Positions 12,933 to 24,800 of a DNA stretch of 54,505 bases are shown here, in pieces. The notes under the pieces were generated by a model. That model did no database searches. It was not told the origin of the DNA and saw nothing but the letters and a program-made list of their open reading frames with translations. The stretch's first letter is position 1. Every line of letters starts with the position of its first letter. Source of the stretch: Trypethelium eluteriae. Lineage: Eukaryota. The position numbers and the translations under genes are program-made. Location of the stretch: NCBI GenBank assembly GCA_051942245.1, contig JAVECL010000097.1:1-54505 (forward strand). The letters run 5' to 3'.

Positions 12933-13441
12933 CTTGAAGGAGGAGAAACCGGAGATAAAGTGGTAAAAGTGCTATAGCAATCTTCGAGACGTGAATCCGG
13001 GCTTTGAATTATAGTATGGTCGTCCGTAGTTGCTAGTAGAAGGACGTTTGATGCAATCTACTTCCTCCACTAGAGACAACGTCGTCAGTGGTTGGTGGTG
13101 GAGCTGTCCCCGGCTGGCCCTGCTGCTCCATCGCATGTGATTGGCCGGACGGCCGCTCCCGTGCAGGCCCATGGCAAGCTTCACCAGTTTTCTTCTGCCC
13201 ACGCGTTGCGACACGCTCCACTTCATCCCACGATCCTCTCTCCTCATGCGACCCCTTCGACCATCCATATATTTGGTGACGGCCGTTGCTGCTCCTGGCT
13301 GTCGCTTCTCGCAGCATGCCTGGAGAGCTCCGATACTCCTCACCGGCCGACTTCAACCGAGCTTCGTCCACCTTGAATAATCACAGTGGCACCGACAGCC
13401 TACCACGCTTTGACATTACTACGACAATCGCAACCACCACG

Positions 13442-15967
13442 ATGTCCTCACGTGCACCCATTCTTCAGGCTGCGCTGCCCGCAGAACCCTCTCACTTCTT
13501 TCTCATCACTCAAGCCGATCTCGTGTACGAGAACGACATTCTACGCAACCCAGGTTCTATAAAACCGTGGATTGAATATTATAGCTTCAAACGATCGACT
13601 AGTTCTTCTATTCTCTCTCAAGCATACATACTCGAGCGTGCCGCCAAGGCTCTCCCCCGCTCCTACAAGCTGTGGAAACTCTACCTCGAACTCCGTACCT
13701 CACATCTAGTACCTGTTCCTGAAGATCCCAAGAACAGACGCAACATGAATCCCGCACTACACGTAATAGAATATCGACGGGTGAACGCCCTCTTTGAGGA
13801 GTCACTTGTCTTACTTAACAAGATGCCACGCATCTGGGAGATGTTCCTCAAGTTCCTCATGCGACAGCCTCTTGTTACATACACACGACGCACATTCGAT
13901 CGGGCCTTACGAGCCCTGCCACTTACGCAGCATCATCGTATATGGACACTCTACAAGCCTTTCTCAAGTTCAGCTGCTGGCAAGACTTTGCACGTGGTGT
14001 GGAGACGCTACGTTCAAGTCCGCCCTGAAGACACAGAAGAATACATCGAATTATTAGTAGATCTAGGACTGTACACTGAAGCTGTACAGGAATACATCAA
14101 GATCCTGGATAACCCGCGCTTTAAAAGCAAAGCAGCAAAGGGTCCCTTCACATTATGGATGGAAATGCTTGATCTATGCATCGATCATGCAAAGAAAGTT
14201 GAGGCATCAGAAGAATCTGGTATTGATGTGGATGGGATAGTTCGGAGTGGATTGGAACGTTTCGGAGATCAGCGGGGACTACTATGGGTTGCACTCGCCA
14301 GATACTGGATCAATAAAGGAGCCTACGAGAAGGCGAGAGATATATTTGAGGAGGGTATCAGGACAGTTATGACTGTGCGAGATTTCACCATGGTCTTTGA
14401 TGCCTATGCAGAAGCGGAGGAAGCATTAATCGGATTAAAAATGGAAGAAGCGGCACGACGGCACAGTAAGAATGTGCTGGATGAAGATTCAGACATCGAC
14501 TTGGACATTCGGATGTCGCGATTTGAGTTCCTCATGGACCGGCGACCATTCCTAGTCAACGACGTCTTATTACGACAGAATCCCAACAATGTTAACGAAT
14601 GGCAGAAGCGGATTGCGTTATGGGGTGACAACAGCTATGAAGTCGACAACACCTATGCAAGCGCTCTCAGCACGATCGACCCCAGAAAGGCTACGGCTAA
14701 GCTTCACGAGCTCTGGATCAACTACGCCAAATTCTTCGAAGATAGAGGAGACTTGCGAAAAGCTCGTGAGATAATGGACACAGCAGTGAAAGTCCGTTTC
14801 AGGAGCGTTGCCGATCTAGCAGAGATCTGGGTATCATGGGCCGAATTGGAAATGCGTGATGAGAGATTTGATCGAGCCTTCGAAATCATGGCTCGAGCTA
14901 CGAAGGCACCAAAACGCAGCACCGTCGACTACTTTGACGACGATCTCCCACCACAGCAGCGTGTTCACAAATCATGGAAACTATGGAGCTTCTATGTTGA
15001 CATCGTCGAAGCAAACTCCAGCCTCGCAGAAACCCGCAAAATCTACGACCGCATCTTCGAACTCCGCATCGCTACTCCACAGACTGTTCACAATTACGCC
15101 GACCTACTTGAGGAGAAAGGCTACTACGAAGACTGCTTCCGAGTCTACGAACGCGGGCTTGACCTCTTCTCCTACCCGGTCGCCTTCGAGCTCTGGAACA
15201 ATTATCTCACTAAAGCCATGGACCACCTCAGCAACATGGAGCGGCTCCGTGATCTCTTCGAGCAGGCCATCGACGGCTGCCCTCCGCGCTTCGCCAAACA
15301 GCTCTACATCATGTACGGCGCTCTCGAGGAAGACCGCGGCCTCACCCGCACCGCCATGCGCATCTATGACCGCGCCCTCGATGCCGTGGGAGATGAGGAC
15401 CGTCACGACATGTTTGGCTACTACCTTACTAAGATGGCTTCGAACTTCGGCCTTGCGTCCACGCGCGCTATCTATGAACATGCGCTCGAGGTGCTCCCGG
15501 ATAAGGAGGCCAAGGACATGGGCATGCGGTATGCGGAGATGGAGCGCCGGCTTGGAGAGATCGATCGTGCTAGGCTGATCTTTGGCCATACGAGCCAGTT
15601 TGCGGATCCACGCCTGGACCCGGACTTCTGGAGGAAGTGGGAGGGATTCGAGATTGCGCATGGCAACGAGGATACGTACAAGGAGATGTTGAGGGTGAAG
15701 AGAAGTGTGCAGGCGCAGTATAAGTATGTTTTCTCTCTCCCGCTGCCATTGCTTTACTGCAAGTTCTCGAGAGTTGAGCTAACGGGTCTTTGTAGTACGG
15801 ATATCAATTATATCGCCTCAGAAGCGCTGGCTCGTAGCCAGCAGAATCAGCAGAATCAGCAGAACAGCGTGGCGGAGGCTCCGCAGGGGTTTGTTGCGGC
15901 TTCGACAGCCCCGAAGGTTGTGGAGGATGCCCCAACTTCGAACCCTGATGAAATCGATGTGGATTAG
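13442..15967 (+). CDS. SYF1: Pre-mRNA splicing factor SYF1 (HAT/TPR repeats); one 72-nt intron (15724-15795)
   Basis: YENDILRNPGSIKPW, LPRSYKLWKLYL, LMDRRPFLVNDVLLRQNPNNVNEW, HGNEDTYKEMLRVKRSVQAQYN. Confidence 0.96.
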   Translation: MSSRAPILQAALPAEPSHFFLITQADLVYENDILRNPGSIKPWIEYYSFKRSTSSSILSQAYILERAAKALPRSYKLWKLYLELRTSHLVPVPEDPKNRRNMNPALHVIEYRRVNALFEESLVLLNKMPRIWEMFLKFLMRQPLVTYTRRTFDRALRALPLTQHHRIWTLYKPFSSSAAGKTLHVVWRRYVQVRPEDTEEYIELLVDLGLYTEAVQEYIKILDNPRFKSKAAKGPFTLWMEMLDLCIDHAKKVEASEESGIDVDGIVRSGLERFGDQRGLLWVALARYWINKGAYEKARDIFEEGIRTVMTVRDFTMVFDAYAEAEEALIGLKMEEAARRHSKNVLDEDSDIDLDIRMSRFEFLMDRRPFLVNDVLLRQNPNNVNEWQKRIALWGDNSYEVDNTYASALSTIDPRKATAKLHELWINYAKFFEDRGDLRKAREIMDTAVKVRFRSVADLAEIWVSWAELEMRDERFDRAFEIMARATKAPKRSTVDYFDDDLPPQQRVHKSWKLWSFYVDIVEANSSLAETRKIYDRIFELRIATPQTVHNYADLLEEKGYYEDCFRVYERGLDLFSYPVAFELWNNYLTKAMDHLSNMERLRDLFEQAIDGCPPRFAKQLYIMYGALEEDRGLTRTAMRIYDRALDAVGDEDRHDMFGYYLTKMASNFGLASTRAIYEHALEVLPDKEAKDMGMRYAEMERRLGEIDRARLIFGHTSQFADPRLDPDFWRKWEGFEIAHGNEDTYKEMLRVKRSVQAQYKYVFSLPLPLLYCKFSRVELTGLCSTDINYIASEALARSQQNQQNQQNSVAEAPQGFVAASTAPKVVEDAPTSNPDEIDVD

Positions 15968-16329
15968 ATGCATAGCGCGGCGTTCATTGTTTATGTGTAT
16001 AGCTTGATGATAACTTTCACGAACTATTAATTCAATCATGACTCAAGATTGCATTGGAGGTCTCCCCAGTGGTCTTGGGAGCACCAGGCCTGTTCCTGAA
16101 ATAGGCCGTAATGTTCTCTATTAAATCACATCCGATTCATAACACGTCGTTGATCGTGTTCCTCACGAATCTATAGGAGCCCTCCCGGATACTCTAAAGA
16201 GGAATAGGCTGTCCGTTGAGTAGACGCTCTAGCTTCTATCGGCTACCATGTAATGTCAAAATGCGTCCTCATCCAGAATTCTCAAACTCGCGCTGAGGTC
16301 TCCTGGATAAATTTGGGAGAAAGAGGTCT

Positions 16330-18677
16330 CTATCTTTTAGAAGATTCCAGCTCCTCCTTCACCGCATTTCTGACTTCTTCTGAGTCAGGATTCTCAATAG
16401 CAAAATCATGCATCTCCTTCCTCTTCAACAATGATGTCGCTTTTGCCGACCATGTACAGGCACTCACAACCCAGCACACAGCGGCAACATACATGCATAC
16501 CCGCAACTGGGAATTGAAGCTCAAGGCAAATGCATATGATATAGCCGCCTGTTGCGGAACTGAGAAGTCGGGAATCGAGTTCAGCGTATGTCGCAGTGCT
16601 GCGATTTCGGACGGGGAGAGTATGCCTTTCAAATCCGTGCCGACGCGGATGTTGAAGATGATTGTGCTGACGGCTAAGCCTATCGTACCCCCGAGTATAC
16701 GTGCCTGGTTGACTACCCCTAATGCTAGAGCTGAACTCAAATGATCAGCACAAAAGCTTGCATCTCTGGTAGTGAGAGTTAAGAGGAGGGTTATACCGTA
16801 ATACTGGAGCGGTGCTTCAATTGTGGTGACGATGACGCTCGTTGCAAATGTCATTCCGATTCCCAACCCAAAAATAACTTGGTAGCCGTATATAGCAGAG
16901 TTCAAATGAGGACCAGTAGAAGTTGTGGATAAGAGGCCCGAACCCAGCAGCAGGCAGCTACTTGCCACTATCAAAGTGTAGAAGGTATTGTTCTCCTTCC
17001 TCGAGGCCAAGCTAGCGACAGTAGAGCCGAGAGCGCTTGCAAATAAAAGTGGCATCAAGCGAACGCCACTAGAGATAGTGGAGGTGCCATTCACGATCTG
17101 GAAGTGCTCCGGTAACTGAACTATGACTAAGAAGAGGTGAAATCCGGTCAAGAGTGTTATTCTGTGAAAACACAGTTTAGAATGGCGTCAAATTTTAGAC
17201 AGCTTTGGTACAGACGATAGAAACAACATTAATGGATTTCAATTGAGAAGGCTTTGACGTACATGATAGTGCCAAGCAATATTCGCCTTTTCAGGAAAGC
17301 CGAAGGAAACGTTGGAGTGATCCGAGATCTATCGCCTCTGGACTCAAGGAACCAGGTCCATGCGGCCAGGCCAATGGCAGATACTCCGGAAGCGGTTAGT
17401 AATCCGATAGTGATCGATGAATTCCACGGAACAATAGCAGAACCAGCTTGTTGTAAGCCGACAATTAAGAGAACAGTGGCTGCTGTGATTAGTAGTAAAC
17501 CAACGACGTCGAGCTGGGCCAGAGAAGATTTGTGGAGGGATAGAGCTCGATTTGCCACAGAGGTCGGCCAAGCAAGAATAACGAGGATGGTAGTCGCAAC
17601 ACCGACGGGGACGTTGAGCAGAAAAATCCAGCGCCAGGTTGTCTCGTTACATATGATGCCTCCAATCACAGGACCTAGTACAGAGGAGACTGCGAAGACA
17701 GTGCCAGTGGCCCCACTCATCGTCTACTGCATTGTGAGCTTCTACTACTTGTTGAGATTCATGGGGTATCCGTACAGAAAAGTGCTCCTTTGGAGTGATT
17801 GATGGAATTACTGTATGAGGCATGAGCTCGCATTGTCTCAAATTGCCTTGTTGTGGTTGGCGCTGGACATTATACCTACTTAAGTTTGTCATCGAATAGA
17901 GTCCAGAGCCTCCTATGCCTTGGAAAGTCCGGAAGACAATGAGTTGGTTTATCGACTGGGCTAATCCACATCCCAATGAGAAAGCGACAAAGACAACCCA
18001 GGCTGCGACGACTGCCTTTGGAATCTTAGCTCAACAACGACGAAGTCTGCGAAATCTGGAACTTACCCACTTATGCCCGACGACATCGCTGAATCTCGCC
18101 CAAACGATAGAAAATGCTAGAGTTATCAGCGCAGCCTTTGTCTCATGAGTTGTCATGAATACTCATATAAGCCAAGAGATAGGATAACACGATCCAGTAT
18201 GTCTGACAGTCAATCAGCATCTTGTTCCGAAAGGAAGAGGGTTGAAGTACCTTGACGAAGTCATTGTAGTAGCGTCCAATTGTGACAAGTGCTGTAGATA
18301 CAATCGAGGCATCGACAATACTTAGTAAAAGGCCCATGCACAAACTAATTGCGTATCTGTCACGATCCCATTCTTTCCAAATGAATAATGCGTTGTATTT
18401 ACCAGAATTCTACGAGGACTAAACGCTTTCCATGAAGTCTTTTCGGCTCAGGCGGTTTAGAAGTCCCATTCATAGTCTCGTTCCCGGGCGGAACCTCTGT
18501 GGCCCCTTCATCCCTCTCGCCAGCGGTGGAAGCGGTGGAGAGCCGCCGCTCAGCGTCTTCCGAACTGGTGGCTTGGGATGTCTTGATATGCTGGGCTCAG
18601 CTTGCTGGCCGCCAATTCCCATAATTGCAACTTACGTCCTCTCGCTGTACGTCCTTCTCGACTACCGGTTCAGACAT
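16330..18677 (-). CDS. MFS multidrug/toxin efflux transporter (DHA2-like, 14 TM), multi-exon
   Basis: Spliced MSEPVVEKDVQRED|TSQ..; GLLLSIVDASIVSTAL, WARFSDVVG, FRTFQGIGGSG, LGPVIGG..WRWIFLLNVP and QLPEHFQIVNG motifs. Transcribed divergently from the PKS. Confidence 0.9.
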
Positions 18678-21600
18678 GTCAAAGGCAAGAAAATGTAGGG
18701 TTCACGCTGAAGCTCGAGTGCGTAGCATCTTCTCTTGAAAGCCTGCGTGTGGCAAACATATTCTACTCTAGATTACCACCCGGGATCTGATCGTCTCATA
18801 CCCTGATACGTGCATGCGGTATTCAGAGGGTGGCGGGCTCCGATAATGGAGGTTACCCGATCCGTACGGGGCTGGTTGATAGACGGAGGGCTGTCAAAAC
18901 ATTGCATTAGATTCAGTAAGAATCTCGTGGGGGCACAGGCTTCTTCCTTGGAATGCAGGAGCCGGATGTGGAAGTGCGATTGTACATCGTTGAGGGCGTG
19001 CTACGATTCCGCACGACGACCAATACCCCAAGCTGCATAGCGAAAGTTTGATTAGTTGGGCGTCGCGCAATTTGCAGCAAAGGCAAGGTAAAAGTCAGCG
19101 CATTGCAGTCGATGACTTGGTCTGGTTCAGCTGATCTGCAGTGCGCCTTGCGTCTTGCGTACGGTGTGCAGCTGCAGACAGGTAATCACGGCGTCCTCCC
19201 ATGCCGCGACGACTCCACGAGAACTCGGGTGGAACGTACGGGAACCCAGGAAAGCCATAGCTACAAGGCGCCGAAAATACCTCAAACTAGGAGATTGGTA
19301 CCTTGGTTGATGTGTAGAGGGTATGAGCATATGGGGCTGTCCCGAGCGACTGTCAATTCCATAACCGTCCTGAATGTTTGACAGATAGATCGTGAAGGTA
19401 CGAGAGAAGGAAGGATTTGTTCGGTGAGGAGAGATTTAGTTAGTTGATTCGATGGTCTGTGGCTTTCCAAAGGCCTAGGTTCTCGTGCATGCCAGCTGGA
19501 TTCTCGTGAAGTGGTCCTACTGCAGCCGAAGTTTCCCGCTCCTTTCAGTGGCGTGAGAAGAAAGGTACGTGACGACGTCTAATCTAAGCGAAAGGGATCT
19601 ACGCAAGGATCTGTGGCGGATCAGAAGATTCGGGTCAATCCCTCATCAAGAAGCCACGGAACGATTGGCACCTTCCTGCAAGCGAAAACGCTAATGCACG
19701 TCGTAGACTTTGAACGTACGTAGTTAGATGTTGTACTACGTACTTAGCTGACGACGGCACGCTTTCGGAAGCCCATTGTGTACTAGCCTCGTCTTATCAG
19801 CTCGGCGTTTCCCACTACCACTCCTCTGGAGAAGATTACCTTGACACTTCTGCCTCCTTCAACTTCTGTGCCGCAGAACCCAATATGTAATTCTGCGTAG
19901 AACCCCCAGCCTGACGTGGACAACTACGTGTAATCAATGTCACTTGGACCAGGTGAACGCTTCTTATTCCAGCAGGTTATTCGGGGAAGTTTCTACCGCA
20001 AAATATCCGCGCTGTTTCCGTTCCCTGCTGAAAAATTGGGCTGTCGTTCTCTGCATGCCTGCATGGCATCCCTTCAGGCAAGCAGCCTCACTGCCGCTGG
20101 TGCAGTCGATATTTCAAGGTCAAGGATCGCAAATCGCTTTTCGATCGGCCCTGAAGTCGGTTGACAGCTGCCGATCTCATCTATGAGAGGGTAACCCTAC
20201 GTACGTCGGTTCGCGTTCAGCTTGACGATGATTGAGCCATTGAACAACACGGCTGCGGACAATAATTTCTGATGTACAGGCAGCCTGCAGGTCTGTCCAG
20301 GGGTTTGATAAGGCAACATTTCTTCTAGACGATTCGTGAGATTACAAGGCATGGTGCATGAAACCCACTGACTCGTTCAATAAAGTATCTTTCAGTATTT
20401 GCACAACACAGAGGCTGCATCTCTTTGTGTCCAAGCCTATCTGTCAATTGCACTGTTTTCGATGAAGATCGGCGTTCAATTTGGCATTGGCTTGCGTCGT
20501 TGCCAACTTAACATCTGTGTCCTGTTGACTCGTAAGCTTTAATATCACGGAGCATTTCACGTCAATCAATTCCCGCTGACGTCAACTTCCCAGATAATGC
20601 AGCAGACGCCGCGAAGATGCATGGTGAAACGCACAAAACGACGGTACAAAGCTTGTTCAATATCCCATGTACGGAAGCCAAAAGGCGTACCTTGTAAGGC
20701 TGGCATATCTAACTGCATATGCACCACGCCCACGCTGCGTAATTCGCCGATCCTATGGATAGATGAACTACACTGCATACAAGCTGGCCGGAGACACCCT
20801 CGACAGCTTGGCTACCCATGCGGAATGTGGTACGACGACGCAGGCACCTCTGGTCCAATTCAGATCAGCCGTCGATCAAATGAGTTCGTTGACTTTGGAA
20901 AAAAAAAAGATTGCTCATGGAATGGGGACCAACTAGAGCTTATCTTCGGTGTGACCGAAGCCTTTTCTGCATACTGGGAAGCGCCTCCTGATAAGACGAG
21001 CTATTCTGGTTGATGTCGGAAGATGTGGTACGCCCTGCATTTCCAAAAAGAGTAGTCTCCAGATTCCCATGGCGTCGATAGAGCTTCTGCGTTGTCGTGG
21101 CATAACCTCAGACGTCACTCTCTTCGTAATTTTTTTGCGCTTCGACTCGTTCTATGTGAGCTTGCCTGGGGTTTCACTGATCTGAAGAATGCCCTGGAGG
21201 TATTTTGGACTTTTCGAAGCAAGTACAAGCTCTTGATGACCATTCATCTTGCAGCTTCTGGTCGTCCTCTTCGCATGTAATGCGTACCCCGGACGCCGAC
21301 TGCAGAACCAGGAAACCAAGATGATCTAAAATTAACTGGCTGCGGCTGATATTTACCCGGTCATCTGCAGAGACTGTTATCGAATGTTTGACCATTGCCA
21401 GCCCGTAGGTAATATCTGCCGGCTAGCGAACCTAGCTTCTCTGCAAAAGATCACAGCTATCGAACCTGGAAGCACCGATCTGCTGGCTGACCAATTGCCT
21501 GAGGTAGCCACATACATCACGGAAGAACACAACTGGGGTCTGATCCCCCCATGAATCCGCCCTGTTGGCTGATAACGGGAGGAATTGGGCCGTCGATCCA

Positions 21601-21834
21601 AGGCGATCACCCAGAATGGTAAGATGAAATGCTTCCTGACGGGGGCACGCTTGCAGCACGCTGTCTCAATCGTTGCCGATCAACGAGAACCAAGGCAATC
21701 GAGTTATTCTCTCGTCGGCTCGCAGATACATATGTCAAGGATGCTTTGGAAATTTTACGAACAAACACTCGCTCTTGCAAGTCTACCTACGACGCAATCA
21801 ATCTTTCACAACAAATGTAGCTCTTGTCTTCATC

Positions 21835-24800
21835 ATGTCCACAGGAACAGCGAATGGCAACATGGTTCCCAGCGAGCAGGACAGCGTCATGCCCATTGCT
21901 ATCGTTGGTGTGGGCTGCCGCTTCCCCGGCGAGGCCAGATCTCCTCAAGCATTTTTCGAGATGTTATCCCAGGGCCGTGCTGCTTGGTCTGAAGTTCCTA
22001 AGGACAGGTACAGTGTTGATCAGTACTATCACCCCTTCAACAATCGAGCAGGAACCACGAACTCCAAGGGGGCACATTTCCTCGCAGAAGACCCTGGTCT
22101 CTTTGACGCACCTGTGAGCCTACCATCTGCTATTGAACAGAGGGCAGACTTGCTGACATTCGAATAGTTCTGTAATACAACATCAAATGTATCTCTTGCC
22201 GTCCTCGCCGCTAACCTTTTCAAGTTTCTATTACTGCCGCTGAAGCGACAGCTCTCGATGCACAGCTCAGGCTATTGCTTGAGGTCACGTACGAATGTTT
22301 AGAAAATGGTAGTCATCTGATCAGTACGCCTACATCGCTCGCAGAGCTGACACTTTCCAAGGTGGTATTCCCTTAGACAAAGTCGCACGTAGCGAAACTT
22401 CTTGTTATGTTGGATGTTCAAGCAAAGGTGTGACTAATTGCTCTTATCTACTTTATTCGATTTTCGAGATCCCCATCTTTTTGGAAGAGAGAACTTAATA
22501 CGAAAGAGTGCTTTCTTTTTTTCTTTACCGTAAGCACGCTTAATCGGAGACGTGTTGCAAGCCCTCTTTTCTCTTCAAACTCTTGGGTATCGGTTTCGGT
22601 AACAAGTTACAGATTATGATGCCATCCAGGCCCACGACATAGGTAAATACATCTGTCCTACATGTTTTTCTGACTCTGACTAATAGCCATCCTGAAGATG
22701 ATACACCTCTTTATCAAGCCATCGGGGGTGGTTATGCCATGCTTTCAAGTCGACTTTCACATTTTTACAACCTTAATGGACCATCACTCACTTTAGACAC
22801 GGCGTGTTCCAGTGGACTTGTTGCACTGTAAGTAGATACTCGCTGCTTGAGATCTTTATGTTATCATCTAATAGCAAATAGTCATCTTGGATGCCAGTCC
22901 ATTCGGAGTGGAGAAGCTAAAATGAGTTTGATCGCTGCTTCGCAACTAATACTAGTACCTGATATGCCAACCTCACTCTCATCGCTTCACATGTTGAGTC
23001 CAGATAGTCGATGCTACACGCAAGTCATCCCGCTTTACTTGGCAATACGAATCCTAACCTGAAGCATAGATTTGATGATCGGGCAAATGGCTATGCACGC
23101 GGTGAAGGCATTTGCGTTATGGCTTTGAAACCATTGGATGATGCACTTCGCGATGGTGACACAATTCGCGCTGTGGTTCGAGGAAGTGGTATTAATCAAG
23201 ATGGTAATAACAGCTTTTTTGTAACATTTCCTTCGGCACGTTCGCTCAATTCGGTATAGGCAAAACCCCAGGCATCACTGTACCGAACCCCGAGGCCCAA
23301 GCGTCAATGATCCGTACAGTGTACGAGAAAGCTGGTCTGGATTACACTCAGACCCAGTACTTCGAAGCACATGGAACCGGAACACCTGTCGGTGATCCGC
23401 TGGAACTTAGTGCTGTGGCTAATACTTTGGGTAAAGCCACGAGGGAAGCTGGCCAACCACTTTACGTAGGATCAGTCAAGACCAATATCGGCCATCTAGA
23501 AGGCTGTGCTGGTCTTGCAGGACTTTTGAAAACTATTCTTTGCTTGGAGAACGGTGTTATTGTTCCAAGCCTGAACTTCGAGAAACCCAACCCAAAGTTA
23601 AGATTGGACGAGTGGGGTCTTAAAGTCCCCACAAAGACAATTGCTTGGCCTGTCACTGGCCTGCGTCGTGCCTCGGTCAACTCCTTTGGCTACGGAGGTA
23701 CTAATGCTCATGCAATCATAGACGATGCTTATCACTATCTTAAGCAAAGAGGACTGACTGGTAACACGGCCACCATCGCGTCACCAATATCTTTGGACGA
23801 GGACGACGACTCCGGTCACGGTACCATGACAAATAGCCCAGTGAGCGAACGGAGTGAATCCCCAAAGTACTTGCCTTCAGAACTAGAAAAACATCCAAGA
23901 CTGTTTGTCTTGTCCTCACCTGAGCAGAATAGTCTGCAGAGAATGGCTGATGCTCTTGTGAGCTATGTCAAGGAAAAGGCCATGGGAGCTCCACATGCAG
24001 TAGATGACATGCTTTCGAATTTGGCTTTCACCCTCGATAACAAGAGGAGCACTTTCCAATGGAGAGCAACCTTCGCTGCATCTGCTGTGGAAGACTTGAC
24101 ATCGGCACTGACCCAGAGAGTTGGAAGTGGTCGAGCTGGGAAGCCTCCAAAGATCGCATTCGTTTTTACGGGTCAAGGAGCACAATGGCATGCGATGGGA
24201 CGAGAATTGCTCGTTTACGAGATCTACGCTCAAACTTTGAGAGAGGCTGACAAATATCTAAAGTCCTTAGGAGCTGATTGGAGTGTTTGGGATGAGTTGA
24301 CGGCGTTGGAGGAAGATTCACGCATCAACAAGCCTAAATTCTCGCAACCTCTTTGCGCAATCTTGCAGATCGCTCTCGTCAGACTCCTTGATCATTGGGG
24401 TGTGACTGCTGGGGCTGTTGTTGGGCATTCTAGTGGCGAGATTGGTAAGTAATCGATGATCCGCCGGCCATTGGTCATTTTACTGACTTGGTTTTGAGCT
24501 GCGGCATACGCTGCAGGAGCTCTGTCTGCTCAGGACTGCTGGAAAATCGCTTACCACAGGGGCCGATTGTCACAGGCCATCAAGACGATTAAGCCTGAGC
24601 TAGACGGTGCCATGATGTCTGTCGGCCTATCCGAGGAAAATACAAAGAAGTACCTTGCGAAGCTAGCACCGTCAGAGGTTGCTATAATAGCTTGCATCAA
24701 TAGTCCGTCAAATGTGACCGTTTCTGGTGATGCTCTCGCCCTGGACAAACTTGAAGGACTCCTTAGATTGGACGATGTTTTCGCTCGACGGTTGAAGGTC

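Noticed and set aside
22168..23069. Apparent frameshifts and missing ORFs in the KS region suggesting a PKS pseudogene
   Set aside because: Fully resolved by short introns, a 4-nt exon and a GC-AG intron, giving an intact KS.
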